Assembly (NCBI GenBank): GCA_965217775.1
Contig: CBDCJH010000002.1
Span: 4,000,001 to 4,064,000 of the forward strand
Source: Acidobacteriota bacterium
GTDB lineage: Bacteria > Acidobacteriota > UBA6911 > RPQK01 > JAJDTT01
Direction: 5' to 3'
Length of the DNA stretch: 64,000 bases
Shown: piece by piece, positions 17,113-27,058 of the stretch
How positions within the stretch are numbered: position 1 is the first letter of the stretch
Layout of the letters: the number at the start of each line of letters is the position of its first letter
Notes under the pieces: model-generated
Databases searched by the model: none
Told to the model about the DNA's origin: nothing
What the model saw: only the letters and a program-made list of their open reading frames with translations
Position numbers and translations under genes: made by a program

Positions 17113-19149
17113 TTAGAGGATCGGCAAACGAATACCGACCCTGGCGTTGAACCTCGGAGAAGGATAGAAGGCCCGTTCCACCGGAAAGCCGCCCAGAACG
17201 CCGTACTCCGAATACTCCTGGTTCATGATGTTGTTGAAATCCGCAAACAGAGTAAAGCGGTCCCAACGGTAGCTGATTCTCGAATTGAGCAGGAAGTATC
17301 CGTCGTGCTTCCCGAAGCGGTTGCTCCAGTCGCTGTGAAAATATCTTGAGCCCACATAAGTTCCGTTGATGCTGGCGGTCAACCTGGGCGTGATCTGGAC
17401 GAAGAGCTCGGCCGCCAGCTTGTGCGCCGCCACGCCGGGGACCTGACGGCCCGCATACTGGCCGTCCCGGACTCTCGTCTGCACGACGCTGTAGTTGCCT
17501 CTCAGCGTGGCGAGGCCGCGGCTGATGCCGGACGAGAACTCCATTCCCCGTCTTCGAGTCCGGCCCTCGAAGTTCTCGTTGGCGCCGAATCCGAACGCTC
17601 CGCCGGCGGGATTGTAGAAGATCTCCCGGTCGGCATCGATCTGGAAGAAGTTCAACTCCCCGAAGAAACTGCCGCCGAAATAGTGCCGCAAGCCTGTCTC
17701 CAGCCCGTTGGACGTCTGGGGAGTGATGGCGCTGTCGATGGTGTTGGTGAAGAAGTTGAACATCTCGTTCAGGACCGGGTAACGGAAGCTTCCGGAATAG
17801 CCGGCGTAGACGTACGTATCGGGATTGAACCCGTAGTTGATTCCCGTCGTGAAGACGTTCTGATCGTAACTGGCCTGGTCAGGCATGCTGGGCGCGAACC
17901 GAAAGTCGGCCCGATCGTAGCGATAGCCGGCGGACAGCGCGAGGCTCTCCAGCGGATAGAATTCGTCATGGACGTAGAACCCCTGATTCACTTTTTGGAG
18001 CAGAAACGAGTTGGTGGACTCGAAGCCTCCGAAAGCGGACGTGTTCGCGATGTCCTCGGCCGCCTTGATCCAGTCGAATCCCATGCTCAGGTTGTTGGCG
18101 AGGCTGCCGATGCGCTCCCGTATCACCACTCGGGGGGACAGAGCCAGCGTGTCGGTCTGGGTCATCCCCTCGAAGGTCCCGCCGGAGAAGCGGCTGAAGA
18201 AAGAGGAATCTCGTCTTCGGGCGGAGAAATCCAAGGTCAGGGAACTCTGGCTCAGGAAGTTGAGCGTTGGCTGAATCAGAACGTAGGTGTCGCCGGTGTC
18301 GGCGAAGTCGTCCGGATTCAAGGTGTCTGTGCGCGCCGCTCCCGCTTGGAGTTGGCTCTCCCTGAACGCTCCGGGCAATCCAACGTCGTCGGTGTGGTAA
18401 CCGCCGCTCACATCCAACCTTCCGAGGTCGCCCAACTTGAAGCCCAAGCTGCCACCCAGGTCTCCACCCTGAATGTCGCTGTTGTCCCGATAGCCTTCGG
18501 ACTGAAAATAGCTTCCTGAAGCGCCGTACGAAACGTCACCGCGAGAACCGCCGACCTGGCCGCTGGGACGTAGACTTCCGTAACTGCCGCCGGACATCTC
18601 GAGCTCGAGGCGGGTCGGGCCCTCTTCCCGGGTGATGATGTTGATCACTCCGGCGCCGGCGTTGTCCCCGTAGAGAACGCTTCCCCGCCCCCCGCGCGTG
18701 ACCTCGATCCGCTTGACCCGGTCCAATGGGATCTGGAGCCAGTCGACCGCGGTGGAAGCCGGCAGATTCACTTTGCGCCCATCCACAAGGACCAGAGTAT
18801 TGCTTCCGGCCGTTTCGCCGAAGCCCCGAAGATCGACCGAGTAGTGGCGGTGGTTTCCCGTGATGTCGGTGACCTGGACGTTGACCAGGGTCCGGAGCAA
18901 GCCGGGAATATCGACGGCCGTGGAGGCGGCAATGTCCTCCTCGCTGATGACGGTCACGTTTGCGGGAACCCGGACCGACTTCTCCTGGTAGCGGCTCGCC
19001 GTCACCGTGACCTGTTCGGTCGTGGGCAGGCGAAGGGGCGTCACCTTTTCTTCCGCGGGCAGGATAACCGTCAGGAAACCGACCAGACCGAGCGTGCAGA
19101 ACGACCTGGACAGCAGGTCCGGAGCGGGCAATCGGCAATCGTTACGCAT
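17113..19149 (-). CDS. btuB: TonB-dependent receptor, probable cobalamin receptor
   Basis: TonB-box-like VTVTASR, plug motifs LVLVDG and RIEVTRGG..VLYGDNA.AGVINIIT; in the riboswitch operon. Confidence 0.85.
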   Translation of the reverse strand: MRNDCRLPAPDLLSRSFCTLGLVGFLTVILPAEEKVTPLRLPTTEQVTVTASRYQEKSVRVPANVTVISEEDIAASTAVDIPGLLRTLVNVQVTDITGNHRHYSVDLRGFGETAGSNTLVLVDGRKVNLPASTAVDWLQIPLDRVKRIEVTRGGRGSVLYGDNAGAGVINIITREEGPTRLELEMSGGSYGSLRPSGQVGGSRGDVSYGASGSYFQSEGYRDNSDIQGGDLGGSLGFKLGDLGRLDVSGGYHTDDVGLPGAFRESQLQAGAARTDTLNPDDFADTGDTYVLIQPTLNFLSQSSLTLDFSARRRDSSFFSRFSGGTFEGMTQTDTLALSPRVVIRERIGSLANNLSMGFDWIKAAEDIANTSAFGGFESTNSFLLQKVNQGFYVHDEFYPLESLALSAGYRYDRADFRFAPSMPDQASYDQNVFTTGINYGFNPDTYVYAGYSGSFRYPVLNEMFNFFTNTIDSAITPQTSNGLETGLRHYFGGSFFGELNFFQIDADREIFYNPAGGAFGFGANENFEGRTRRRGMEFSSGISRGLATLRGNYSVVQTRVRDGQYAGRQVPGVAAHKLAAELFVQITPRLTASINGTYVGSRYFHSDWSNRFGKHDGYFLLNSRISYRWDRFTLFADFNNIMNQEYSEYGVLGGFPVERAFYPSPRFNARVGIRLPIL

Positions 19150-19204
19150 CGGGTTTTCCTACAGATCAGAAACCCTTCCCCGGTCTATCCCCTCTCCTCT
19201 TTCC

Positions 19205-20128
19205 CTATTTTTCCCAGCGTCTCCACCCGGTCCCGCGGTGCCCAAAATCGAACAGTCCCGGATGCAGGATTTCCGCCAGTATCTCGGCCGATTCCACGAC
19301 GCGGGGTCCGGGCCGATTGAAGTACTGGTTCCCGTCCGTCACGAACACGCGCCCGTTCCGGACTGCGGACAGTTGCGGCCATCCCGGATGGGTCACCAGC
19401 GGCGGCATCTCGCCACAGGTGCGTTCGATATCGAAGCCACACGGCAATATGGCGATGACGTCAGGATCGGCAGCCGCAAGCTTCTCGAACTCGAAATAAC
19501 CGGAGTGTTTCCCCGACTCACCGAAAAGGTTCGCACCGCCGGCGCAGGAGACCAGCTCCGGCATCCAGTTGGCGGCGCTCATGAGAGGGTCGATCCACTC
19601 GATACACGCAATGGACGGACGGGTCCGCGCCGACTCCGCCCGTGCACGAATCCCTTGGAGCCGATCCGTGAGACGAGTCACGAGATCGTCACCGCGTCCC
19701 GGGTCCCCAAGGGCTGACGCCACCTTTCGGATGTCCTCCCAAACGTCGCTCAAGGACATGGGTTCCAAGGAGACGATCGCGGGCTGCGATGTGACGAGCT
19801 CGCAAACCGCCTTTTCCACGTCCTTCAGACTCACGGCGCAGACTTCGCACTGGGTCTGCGTGATGACGACGGTCGGCGCCAGACGATTCAGGAGGTCGGG
19901 ATCGACACGGTATACGGACAGCCCTTCGGAGACGATGGTTCGGACCTGGTCGTCGATAGCCCGACTGACGGCATCCACTTCGACCTTGGAACTCGAGCAG
20001 GTCGGAAGCCGAGAGACGGAGGCAGGAAAGTCGCACTCGTGGGATCGGCCTACGAGCTCGTCCTCGAAGCCGAGCCCACATACGATCTCCGTCGCACTGG
20101 CAATAAGTGAGACGATCCGATGTGACAT
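19205..20128 (-). CDS. BtuF-like cobalamin-binding protein without a signal peptide
   Basis: Begins directly at RIVSLIASATEIV; VGRSHECDFP, TQCEVCAV, EWIDP, YFNRPGPR. Confidence 0.8.
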   Translation of the reverse strand: MSHRIVSLIASATEIVCGLGFEDELVGRSHECDFPASVSRLPTCSSSKVEVDAVSRAIDDQVRTIVSEGLSVYRVDPDLLNRLAPTVVITQTQCEVCAVSLKDVEKAVCELVTSQPAIVSLEPMSLSDVWEDIRKVASALGDPGRGDDLVTRLTDRLQGIRARAESARTRPSIACIEWIDPLMSAANWMPELVSCAGGANLFGESGKHSGYFEFEKLAAADPDVIAILPCGFDIERTCGEMPPLVTHPGWPQLSAVRNGRVFVTDGNQYFNRPGPRVVESAEILAEILHPGLFDFGHRGTGWRRWEK

Positions 20129-20137
20129 TACGCTTCG

Positions 20138-20743
20138 TCAAACGCCATGGGAGGCGAACGAGTATGCCCGGGCCGGCACCGGCTGTTTCAAGGCCACACG
20201 ACTGAACAGCAGGGGGAGGAAAACCGCCATGCTGATCAACGTGTTCCGAAAATAGGGGATCCCTCGTACGTAGCAGTCGGTGAGGCCGGCGAGCGTCTGC
20301 GGATAGAGTGTTCTTCCACTGAATGCCCAGAGACCGAAATTGGTCACCAGGTAGAACCCTACCGACGAGATCAGTCCTGCGGCCGCCACCCGGGCCCATG
20401 AATGCTGACCCCTCAGAGCCAAGCCCGTTGTGGCCACCAGCGCGACCGACAGATAGACCACCGGTTGAAACGAGTAGAACGCCCAATCGAACCGCCCGGT
20501 CAGCGCCCAGATGCCCAGGTCGCCGATCAGGTAAGTCGCAAGGGGGATCGCATAGACCATGATCCGCCGACCGTAGAAAGCCCCGCCGAAGATGCAGACC
20601 GGCAGAATCGGAGAGAAATTCCACGGGTAGGCGGTATTTTCGGGATCGATCGAGATTCCGAAATGAGAGAGTGCGTAGGGCGCCAGCCGAGCGGCGAGGC
20701 CCAATGCAAGGAGCACCAGAATCAGAGAGAACCGAGGTTTCAT
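20138..20743 (-). CDS. DUF6580-like membrane protein (putative transporter component)
   Basis: PWNFSPI, FYLVTNFGLW, YPQTLAGL..CY..GIPYFRN; AAAGGAGG RBS before ATG 20743. Confidence 0.75.
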   Translation of the reverse strand: MKPRFSLILVLLALGLAARLAPYALSHFGISIDPENTAYPWNFSPILPVCIFGGAFYGRRIMVYAIPLATYLIGDLGIWALTGRFDWAFYSFQPVVYLSVALVATTGLALRGQHSWARVAAAGLISSVGFYLVTNFGLWAFSGRTLYPQTLAGLTDCYVRGIPYFRNTLISMAVFLPLLFSRVALKQPVPARAYSFASHGV

Positions 20744-20756
20744 CCATCTCCTCCTT

Positions 20757-21518
20757 TCACTCTTGGGGACGGTGTCGTCCAGCGTCGGCGCGGCGAGCTG
20801 GAACCAGGTCGCAGAACGCGAAGCCGTCACGCTCGACGACTCCTCCCGGAGACACGCAAACGGACCGGCGGAAGATCGGTCCATTGAAAACGAAAGTATG
20901 AAACTCGCCATTCTCGCCGCACGGGTCGACGCCGGGCGGCAGATCGGCCAGGAAAGCCTCATTGAATCGGAGGCCGGCGAAAGCCGCACCCAGGACCGCC
21001 AGGTTCACGCAGACGATCACGGCCTCGAATCCATTCCTGATGAACTGGCGTGCGAGCTTGCCGGTGTCCTGCTTCCAGAGCGGGAAGACGCACTCGAGAT
21101 TCCAAGCCGCCAGTTGATCTTCTCGGTAGGTTCTCAGGTCATCGAGAAAGATGTCGCCGAAGGCCACGCGCCGGATGCCGGAAGCCTGCAAGCGGGCGAA
21201 CGCATGCCCCATCTCGCGCTCATAGACGGCGTTGGTGCAGACTCGAGGAACCGCGACTTCCGTCATGGGAATCCCGATGGCACGGGACTGGTCCCTGAGC
21301 AGCGTGCGGCGAACGCCGTGCATGCTGACGCGGTCGAAATCGGCGTTGACCGTGGTCAAAAAGGACCTTACGAAGTACGTGTTCGCGCGGTGGATCTCCC
21401 ACAAGGCAAGCGAGCTGTCCTTTCCCCCACTGAAGCACATGGCGATGGCCTCGCCGTTCGTGTTCAGATTCGGATTAACTGCCGCACCCGCCGCTGATTT
21501 TGGTTCAACTCCGCTCAT
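20757..21518 (-). CDS. PP-loop ATPase of the diphthine--ammonia ligase family (DUF71/COG2102)
   Basis: FSGGKDS, RVSMHGVR, FGDIFL.DLR.YRE, VDPCGENGEFHTFV. Confidence 0.9.
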   Translation of the reverse strand: MSGVEPKSAAGAAVNPNLNTNGEAIAMCFSGGKDSSLALWEIHRANTYFVRSFLTTVNADFDRVSMHGVRRTLLRDQSRAIGIPMTEVAVPRVCTNAVYEREMGHAFARLQASGIRRVAFGDIFLDDLRTYREDQLAAWNLECVFPLWKQDTGKLARQFIRNGFEAVIVCVNLAVLGAAFAGLRFNEAFLADLPPGVDPCGENGEFHTFVFNGPIFRRSVCVSPGGVVERDGFAFCDLVPARRADAGRHRPQE

Positions 21519-21611
21519 GGTCCCTCGACCACGACCCGAAGGTTCGACGAGGAAGAAAGGCAGGCCCGAGCGCCCCTGTTCCCTCCCTCGAAGGTCCAGG
21601 TCAATGGAAAT

Positions 21612-21796
21612 GACGCCGGCAGGTCTTCGGACTCACGGGCAATCGGCTGTGGCCGATCCTACTGGCCGTCGCTTCCCAACTCCTCGGAGCCAGTGCTATG
21701 ACGGCGGTCGTTCCCGTTTACCGCTGCGGGGCAGTCCCGGACTTTCACCGGGTTCCCTCTTGCCGCTCCGGCTGGCCGGAGCACCAACGCGAAGTC
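21612..21796 (-). ncRNA. Cobalamin riboswitch
   Basis: Minus strand AAGAGGGAACCCGGTGAAAGTCCGGGACTGCCCCGCAGCGGT...GCACTGG...GGGAAG...GAGTCCGAAGACCTGCC (B12 box), directly upstream of the btu-like operon; boundaries approximate. Confidence 0.93.
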
Positions 21797-21911
21797 AACG
21801 TAACCGAAGCAGCAGGCCGGGTCAAGCCCGCAGGGGCCGTTGACCACGGTTCCAACCGCAACCGGATGGGCTTCTGCCCCCGATGGCGGCGGCTGGGATA
21901 GAATCCGCATC

Positions 21912-23258
21912 GTGCTCGGCTTGCGAGTCCTCTGGTCGACCTATCTGCTGATCGGCGTTCCGTTCGCCGTTGCCTGGGACCTGCAAGCCGGTGTTTCCGA
22001 TCCTGAGAAAGAATCCCCAGTTTCAAAGTCCGCTTCCCCGGAGGAGACGCGGGCCGGACGCTGGAAACAGAAGCGAATCGACAAGCGATCCCGCGTCACT
22101 CCGCCTCGTGCCGGCGGATTCGAGAAGGCTCTTCTCTGGGTTGAAAAGAGGGGATTGGGAGTGTCGCGCAACACCGGTTCCGCTGGAGTCCGTCCAGTCG
22201 TGGGAGTGCTGGGCCCGCGGTCCGGCGTCGCCCTGGGCGCCCGCTACTGGCGGCCGGACTTGGGACGCAGCCGGCTCGACGTGGCCCTGACGGGGGGCTA
22301 TTCCATCCGCGGATACCAACTTTATGACCTGCAGTTCGGCCGGATCCAGGACTTCGGTTCCGGGTTCGAACCCGACCCGGAAGACCACGGGATCCGGCAA
22401 CGAGCCGAGCCGGGCAACTCGACGGAACGGCTCAGCGTCTTCGGCCGGGTCCGCTACCGCAACTTTCCCAGGCAGAACTATTTCGGACCGGGCACGGACT
22501 CGAGGGAGGGAGACCGCAGCGATTATCGCCTGGAGGAGGTCTTCTACGGGAAAGCAGTCCGTTACCGGGCCAGCACATGGCTGCGGGGAGAGTGGGAGGT
22601 GGGGCTGCTTCAAGTGAACACCGGTCCCGGAACCGATCCCGGCGCGGTTCCCATCGGAAGCGTCTTCGACGACGTCACCACCCCCGGCCTCACCCACCAA
22701 CCCGGATTCTTCCGGACGAGAGCCGCTGTCACCGTGGACTTTCGGGACCAGCCGGAAAACAACCATTCGGGCGGCGTGGTGGACCTTTCCTGGTCCCGCC
22801 ATACCCAAGTGGGCGGGACCGACTACCATTTCTCCGGCTTCGCGGTGCAGGCGCGTCAATATCTGCCGTTGGGCTCCCGCCAGCGGGTTCTGGCCCTGCG
22901 TTTCCTGACCTCGACGACCCATCCCGAGAGCGGAAGCCGGGTGCCGTTTTACTTTCAGCCCACGCTGGGGAGCCCCCATATTCTGAGGGCCTTCAAGGAT
23001 CAGCGGTTCCGGGACCGAAATCTGATCTACCTCTCGGCCGAGTATCGTTGGGAGGCGGCGCCGGCGCTGGAGCTGGCCCTCTTCTACGACACCGGAAAGG
23101 TGTTTCGGAACCGGTCCGACTTCAACTTGATGGGACTCCGGAAGAACTTGGGATTCGGGATCCGATTCAAGAGCCGGGACCGTGTTCTCTTCCGGGTGGA
23201 TTTGGCGAGAGGCCGGGAAGATACGCGGATCTGCGTCACGGTCGGCCCGGCGTTCTAG
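21912..23258 (+). CDS. Omp85 (BamA/TamA-family) outer-membrane beta-barrel with a short N-terminus (start uncertain, ORF opens at 21840)
   Basis: LRAFKDQRFRD (variant of VRGY/F), SAEYRW, LFYDTGKV, GFGIRF, C-terminal Phe; no recognisable POTRA domains. Confidence 0.8.
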   Translation: MLGLRVLWSTYLLIGVPFAVAWDLQAGVSDPEKESPVSKSASPEETRAGRWKQKRIDKRSRVTPPRAGGFEKALLWVEKRGLGVSRNTGSAGVRPVVGVLGPRSGVALGARYWRPDLGRSRLDVALTGGYSIRGYQLYDLQFGRIQDFGSGFEPDPEDHGIRQRAEPGNSTERLSVFGRVRYRNFPRQNYFGPGTDSREGDRSDYRLEEVFYGKAVRYRASTWLRGEWEVGLLQVNTGPGTDPGAVPIGSVFDDVTTPGLTHQPGFFRTRAAVTVDFRDQPENNHSGGVVDLSWSRHTQVGGTDYHFSGFAVQARQYLPLGSRQRVLALRFLTSTTHPESGSRVPFYFQPTLGSPHILRAFKDQRFRDRNLIYLSAEYRWEAAPALELALFYDTGKVFRNRSDFNLMGLRKNLGFGIRFKSRDRVLFRVDLARGREDTRICVTVGPAF

Positions 23259-23267
23259 GGGGAAGAT

Positions 23268-24926
23268 TTGGAGTTGATGCACCCTCGGATCACGTCTCTG
23301 GTCCTGCTGCTGGGCTGCTTGACGGCTGTTACCCCCTCCATCCACGCGCAGAAGTTTCTGCCCGATGATCCCCTCCGGGTCGATGCCGACGATCTTCCCA
23401 TTCCCAGGCCCGAGTCCCGCTCCCTCAGCCAGATCATGGACCTGCTGGAGAATTCGTTCTCCAACCGTGCCGCCCAGGGAGAGGGCATCCTCCCGGCCCA
23501 GAACGTGAACACGCTGGGCGAGGTCCCCGATTCCAGTTGGTTTCAGAATCGGCTGGGCAGACGGTCCATGAGTCCGGCCGAGTTGGCACGAGGTCCCAAC
23601 CGGCAAGCACCTGACGTCTCCCGGCCCTGGCAGGTCGTTTCCGGGAAATCGGAGGGAATCACTCCCGGATTCACCATCCGCGACAGCAGGGGAGAAGTCT
23701 ATTTCCTCAAGTTCGACCCGCGAGATCATCCTCAACTGGCCACCTCCGCGGAAGCCATCAGCACTCGATTCTTCCACGCCTTCGGTTATCACGTCCCCGA
23801 AAACCACCTGGTCCGGATCTCACCCGGCAACTTGCTGGCGGACTCCGATTCGGTGCTGCGCGAGGGACGGGGAAAGAAGCGGGTCATGGTGCAGGCGGAC
23901 GTGGAACGGATTCTCCGGCTGGTTCCCAGACTGCCGGACGGAAAAATCCAGGTGCTGGCCAGCCGGCTTCTGCCGGGACGTCCCCTGGGGCCGTTCGAGT
24001 ACTTCGGAACCCGGAGCGACGACGCCAACGACGTCTTCCGGCACGAGAACCGGAGAGAGCTGCGAGGCCTCCGGATCTTCGCCGCCTGGTTGAACCACGA
24101 CGATTCCCGAAGCATCAACACGCTGGACATGTATCTCCCCCGGGGCGAACAGGGGTACGTGAAACACCACCTGCTGGATTTCGGCTCCTGCCTGGGAAGC
24201 GGAAGCGTCGAGATGCAGAGTCTCCGGGGCGGCAACGAGTACCTGCTGGAGCGGACTCCCATTCTCAAGGCAGCCGTGACTCTGGGCATCTGGGACCGTC
24301 CCTGGAGACGTGTGCACTACCCCGAGCACCCCGGCGTCGGGCGTTTTGAAGCAGACTACTTCCAGCCTCAGGATTGGAAACCCGAGTACCCCAACCCGGC
24401 CTTCGAACGCATGCTCCCGGAAGACGCCTTCTGGGCGGTCCGCATCCTGATGCGGCTGAACGAGGAATCGATTCGGGCGGTGGTGCGGACGGGGCAACTG
24501 GTCGACGCCGAGTCGGAGGAGTATCTGGTCCGGACGCTCCTGGAGCGGAGCCGGAAGATCGTTCGCCACTATCTGGCGGGAATCAATCCCCTGGACGGAT
24601 TTCGGGTCCGGGATCGAAATGGTTCCGTGGCCCTGGAGTTTTCGGATCTGTCCCTGCAGGAAGCCCCGAAGCGGAACCGGAACTATCGATACCAATGGTT
24701 CAGCTTCGACAACGGAAGCCAACAAAGTGAATCCCTGGGTCCTGCAGCGTCTTCGGCCAGCCTCTCCATCCCCCTTCCCCGGGCCAGACCGCAATTCTTG
24801 AAGGTGCGCATCCGACCCGTCGAAATCCAGGATGCCGGCGGTTCTCACCCGGTGTGCGTCTACCTACGGACTCAGCCCGAAATGGCGGTCGCGGGGATTG
24901 ATCGCGGGAAGGGCGCCGAACCGTAG
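23268..24926 (+). CDS. Secreted protein with an atypical kinase-like fold (HipA/CotH/PI3-4K-like motifs)
   Basis: Signal peptide ending IHA-Q; KSEGITPG..YFLKFD, ATSAE, WLNHDDSRSINTL, LLDFGS. Confidence 0.6.
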   Translation: MELMHPRITSLVLLLGCLTAVTPSIHAQKFLPDDPLRVDADDLPIPRPESRSLSQIMDLLENSFSNRAAQGEGILPAQNVNTLGEVPDSSWFQNRLGRRSMSPAELARGPNRQAPDVSRPWQVVSGKSEGITPGFTIRDSRGEVYFLKFDPRDHPQLATSAEAISTRFFHAFGYHVPENHLVRISPGNLLADSDSVLREGRGKKRVMVQADVERILRLVPRLPDGKIQVLASRLLPGRPLGPFEYFGTRSDDANDVFRHENRRELRGLRIFAAWLNHDDSRSINTLDMYLPRGEQGYVKHHLLDFGSCLGSGSVEMQSLRGGNEYLLERTPILKAAVTLGIWDRPWRRVHYPEHPGVGRFEADYFQPQDWKPEYPNPAFERMLPEDAFWAVRILMRLNEESIRAVVRTGQLVDAESEEYLVRTLLERSRKIVRHYLAGINPLDGFRVRDRNGSVALEFSDLSLQEAPKRNRNYRYQWFSFDNGSQQSESLGPAASSASLSIPLPRARPQFLKVRIRPVEIQDAGGSHPVCVYLRTQPEMAVAGIDRGKGAEP

Positions 24927-25013
24927 ACTGGCTCTCGAACCCAAAGTCCCAAGTCCGCGGGCGGGACGACGGCACCCGTGGCAGAAGTCGCCGGAGGTGC
25001 CTATACTGATTCC

Positions 25014-26387
25014 ATGAACCGCCGTGAACTGTTGTCGCTGATGGGCGCCGGCTTCGGCACGGTGGGATTGTCCGGGTCCCTGGGCGCGGCCTCCCGAGGC
25101 GGCTCCACGTCAGCGGGAGTCCCGCATTTCCCCGCCCGTGCCAAACACGTGATCTTCCTCTTCCTCAACGGCGGCCTCTCCCAGGTGGACAGCTTCGACC
25201 CCAAACCGGAGCTGGACCGGCACCACGGGAAACCCATGCCTGGCCCCAAGATCCGGACCGACAGCGCCACCGGAAACCTGATGAAGTCCCCGTTCCGATT
25301 CCGGCCACGGGGTGAGAGTGGAATCCTGGTGTCCGAGATCTTCCCCCGGATCGGAGGTCTCATCGACGACTTCTGCGTGATCCGGTCCATGTACTCGGAC
25401 AACGGCAATCACGTCCCTTCCCTCTACCTCATGAACTGCGGTCACCAACTGGCCGGCCACCCCTCCATGGGCTCGTGGATCACCTACGGACTGGGCTCGG
25501 AGAATGAGAATCTACCCGCTTTCGTGGTCCTTTGTCCCGGGTATCCGGTGGGCGGTTCCCAGCTCTGGTCCTCGGCTTTCCTGCCCAACTCGTACCAGGG
25601 GACCTACATCCCCAATAACGAGACCGACCCGGAGAAACTGGTCCGCAACGTCCGCAACTCCTCTTTCAGCCCGCACCAACAGCGGCGCCAGCTGGAACTC
25701 CTGGACCGGCTCAATCGGCGCTACCTGGACCGGGTTGGGCATCAGCCGCAGCTGGAATCGGGAATCCAGGCCATGGAAGTGGCCTTCCGGATGCAGATGG
25801 AGGCGCCGTTGGCACTGGACGTCACTCGGGAGAGGGGCTCGACTCGCTCCAGGTATGGCGACACCGACTTCGCCCGCGGTTGCCTGATGGCGCTCCGCCT
25901 CGTCGAACACGGCGTGCGCATGGTCCAGGTCTTCTACGGCAAGTCCCAACCCTGGGACAGCCATGACGACATCCTGGACCATCGGATCCTGGCGGCGGAC
26001 GCGGACCGGGCCATCGCCGCCTTGATTCAGGACCTGAAGCTGCGGGGCCTGTTCGAAGAAACCCTTCTCATCGTGGGGAGCGAGTTCGGCCGAACCCCTA
26101 TGATTCAGAACAGCGGACTAGTGAAGTACGGGTATGGCCGGGACCATAACGTCCACGGCTACACCACGCTCCTGACCGGGGCCGGCGTCCGGGGAGGCAT
26201 GACGTACGGCGCCACCGACGATTTCGGCTTCAAGGCGGTGGAGAATCGCGTCCACCCCCACGACCTGCACGCCACCGTCCTGCACCTGCTGGGACTGGAT
26301 CACACGAAGCTCACCTATCGCTACGGAGGACGGGACTTCCGCCTGACCGACGTGGGAGGCCGGGTGATCGGGGAAATTCTGAGCTGA
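25014..26387 (+). CDS. DUF1501 domain protein (Tat signal)
   Basis: MNRRELL, AKHVIFLFLNGGLSQVDSFDPKP, WDSH, SEFGRTP, GRDH, RLTDV; TATACT 6 nt before the ATG suggests a leaderless start. Confidence 0.9.
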   Translation: MNRRELLSLMGAGFGTVGLSGSLGAASRGGSTSAGVPHFPARAKHVIFLFLNGGLSQVDSFDPKPELDRHHGKPMPGPKIRTDSATGNLMKSPFRFRPRGESGILVSEIFPRIGGLIDDFCVIRSMYSDNGNHVPSLYLMNCGHQLAGHPSMGSWITYGLGSENENLPAFVVLCPGYPVGGSQLWSSAFLPNSYQGTYIPNNETDPEKLVRNVRNSSFSPHQQRRQLELLDRLNRRYLDRVGHQPQLESGIQAMEVAFRMQMEAPLALDVTRERGSTRSRYGDTDFARGCLMALRLVEHGVRMVQVFYGKSQPWDSHDDILDHRILAADADRAIAALIQDLKLRGLFEETLLIVGSEFGRTPMIQNSGLVKYGYGRDHNVHGYTTLLTGAGVRGGMTYGATDDFGFKAVENRVHPHDLHATVLHLLGLDHTKLTYRYGGRDFRLTDVGGRVIGEILS

Positions 26388-26499
26388 CCCGATCTACTGA
26401 AGGAACTGTTTGCGGGGGGGCGCCATTCCGGCGTCCCCGGTCACCGATCATTGACCGGTGACGCGGGGACAAAACGGATCGCGCCCCGAAATCGAAAAA

Positions 26500-26826
26500 C
26501 TACCAGCGGCCTCGCCCGCGGCTCCCGTAACCGCCACCGCCGCCGCCGCCGCCGCCATATCCGCCGCCGCCGGACCGTCTCTCACGAGGACGCGCCTCGT
26601 TCACCGTCAAGGTCCTGCCGCCCAACTGACTGCCGTTCAAGGCACTGATGGCCTTTGTGGCGTCCGCGTCGTCCATTTCGACGAACCCGAACCCACGAGA
26701 CTGGCCGGTCATTCTGTCGGTGATCACTCGGGCCGATTGCACGGGACCGAATTCGGAGAATACCTCCTCCAACTGATCATCGTTGACTGCGTAGGGCAGT
26801 CCCCCTACATAAATGTTCTTCCTCAT
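26500..26826 (-). CDS. RRM RNA-binding protein with Gly-rich tail
   Basis: RNP2 IYVGGL, RNP1 RGFGFVEM, VNEARPRE; AGGAGG RBS. Confidence 0.95.
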   Translation of the reverse strand: MRKNIYVGGLPYAVNDDQLEEVFSEFGPVQSARVITDRMTGQSRGFGFVEMDDADATKAISALNGSQLGGRTLTVNEARPRERRSGGGGYGGGGGGGGGYGSRGRGRW

Positions 26827-27029
26827 TTTCTCCTCCTAATTGCAAGAAATGGAGCCATCCACCCTGAGACGCCAACTGCAAAAGGAGCAGAGCCGGGCCC
26901 GATTCTGTGTGGTTCCACGATCCGATCGGTGATTCCTAGGGAGTCTTTCGCAGGGATGACACTAACTCGGGCTCTCAGCACCTGTTTGCGACGTTACCTT
27001 TGGAGCCCTCTATTGAACAAGACGGCGGC

Positions 27030-27058
27030 AGTATAGTCCTTCTTTCCTTTCATGTCAA
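27030..27058 (-). promoter_or_regulatory. Sigma70-type promoter for the RRM gene
   Basis: Minus strand TTGACA-N17-TATACT. Confidence 0.8.

Noticed and set aside
26520-26575. (GCC)n low-complexity run
   Set aside because: Encodes the normal Gly-rich tail of the RRM protein
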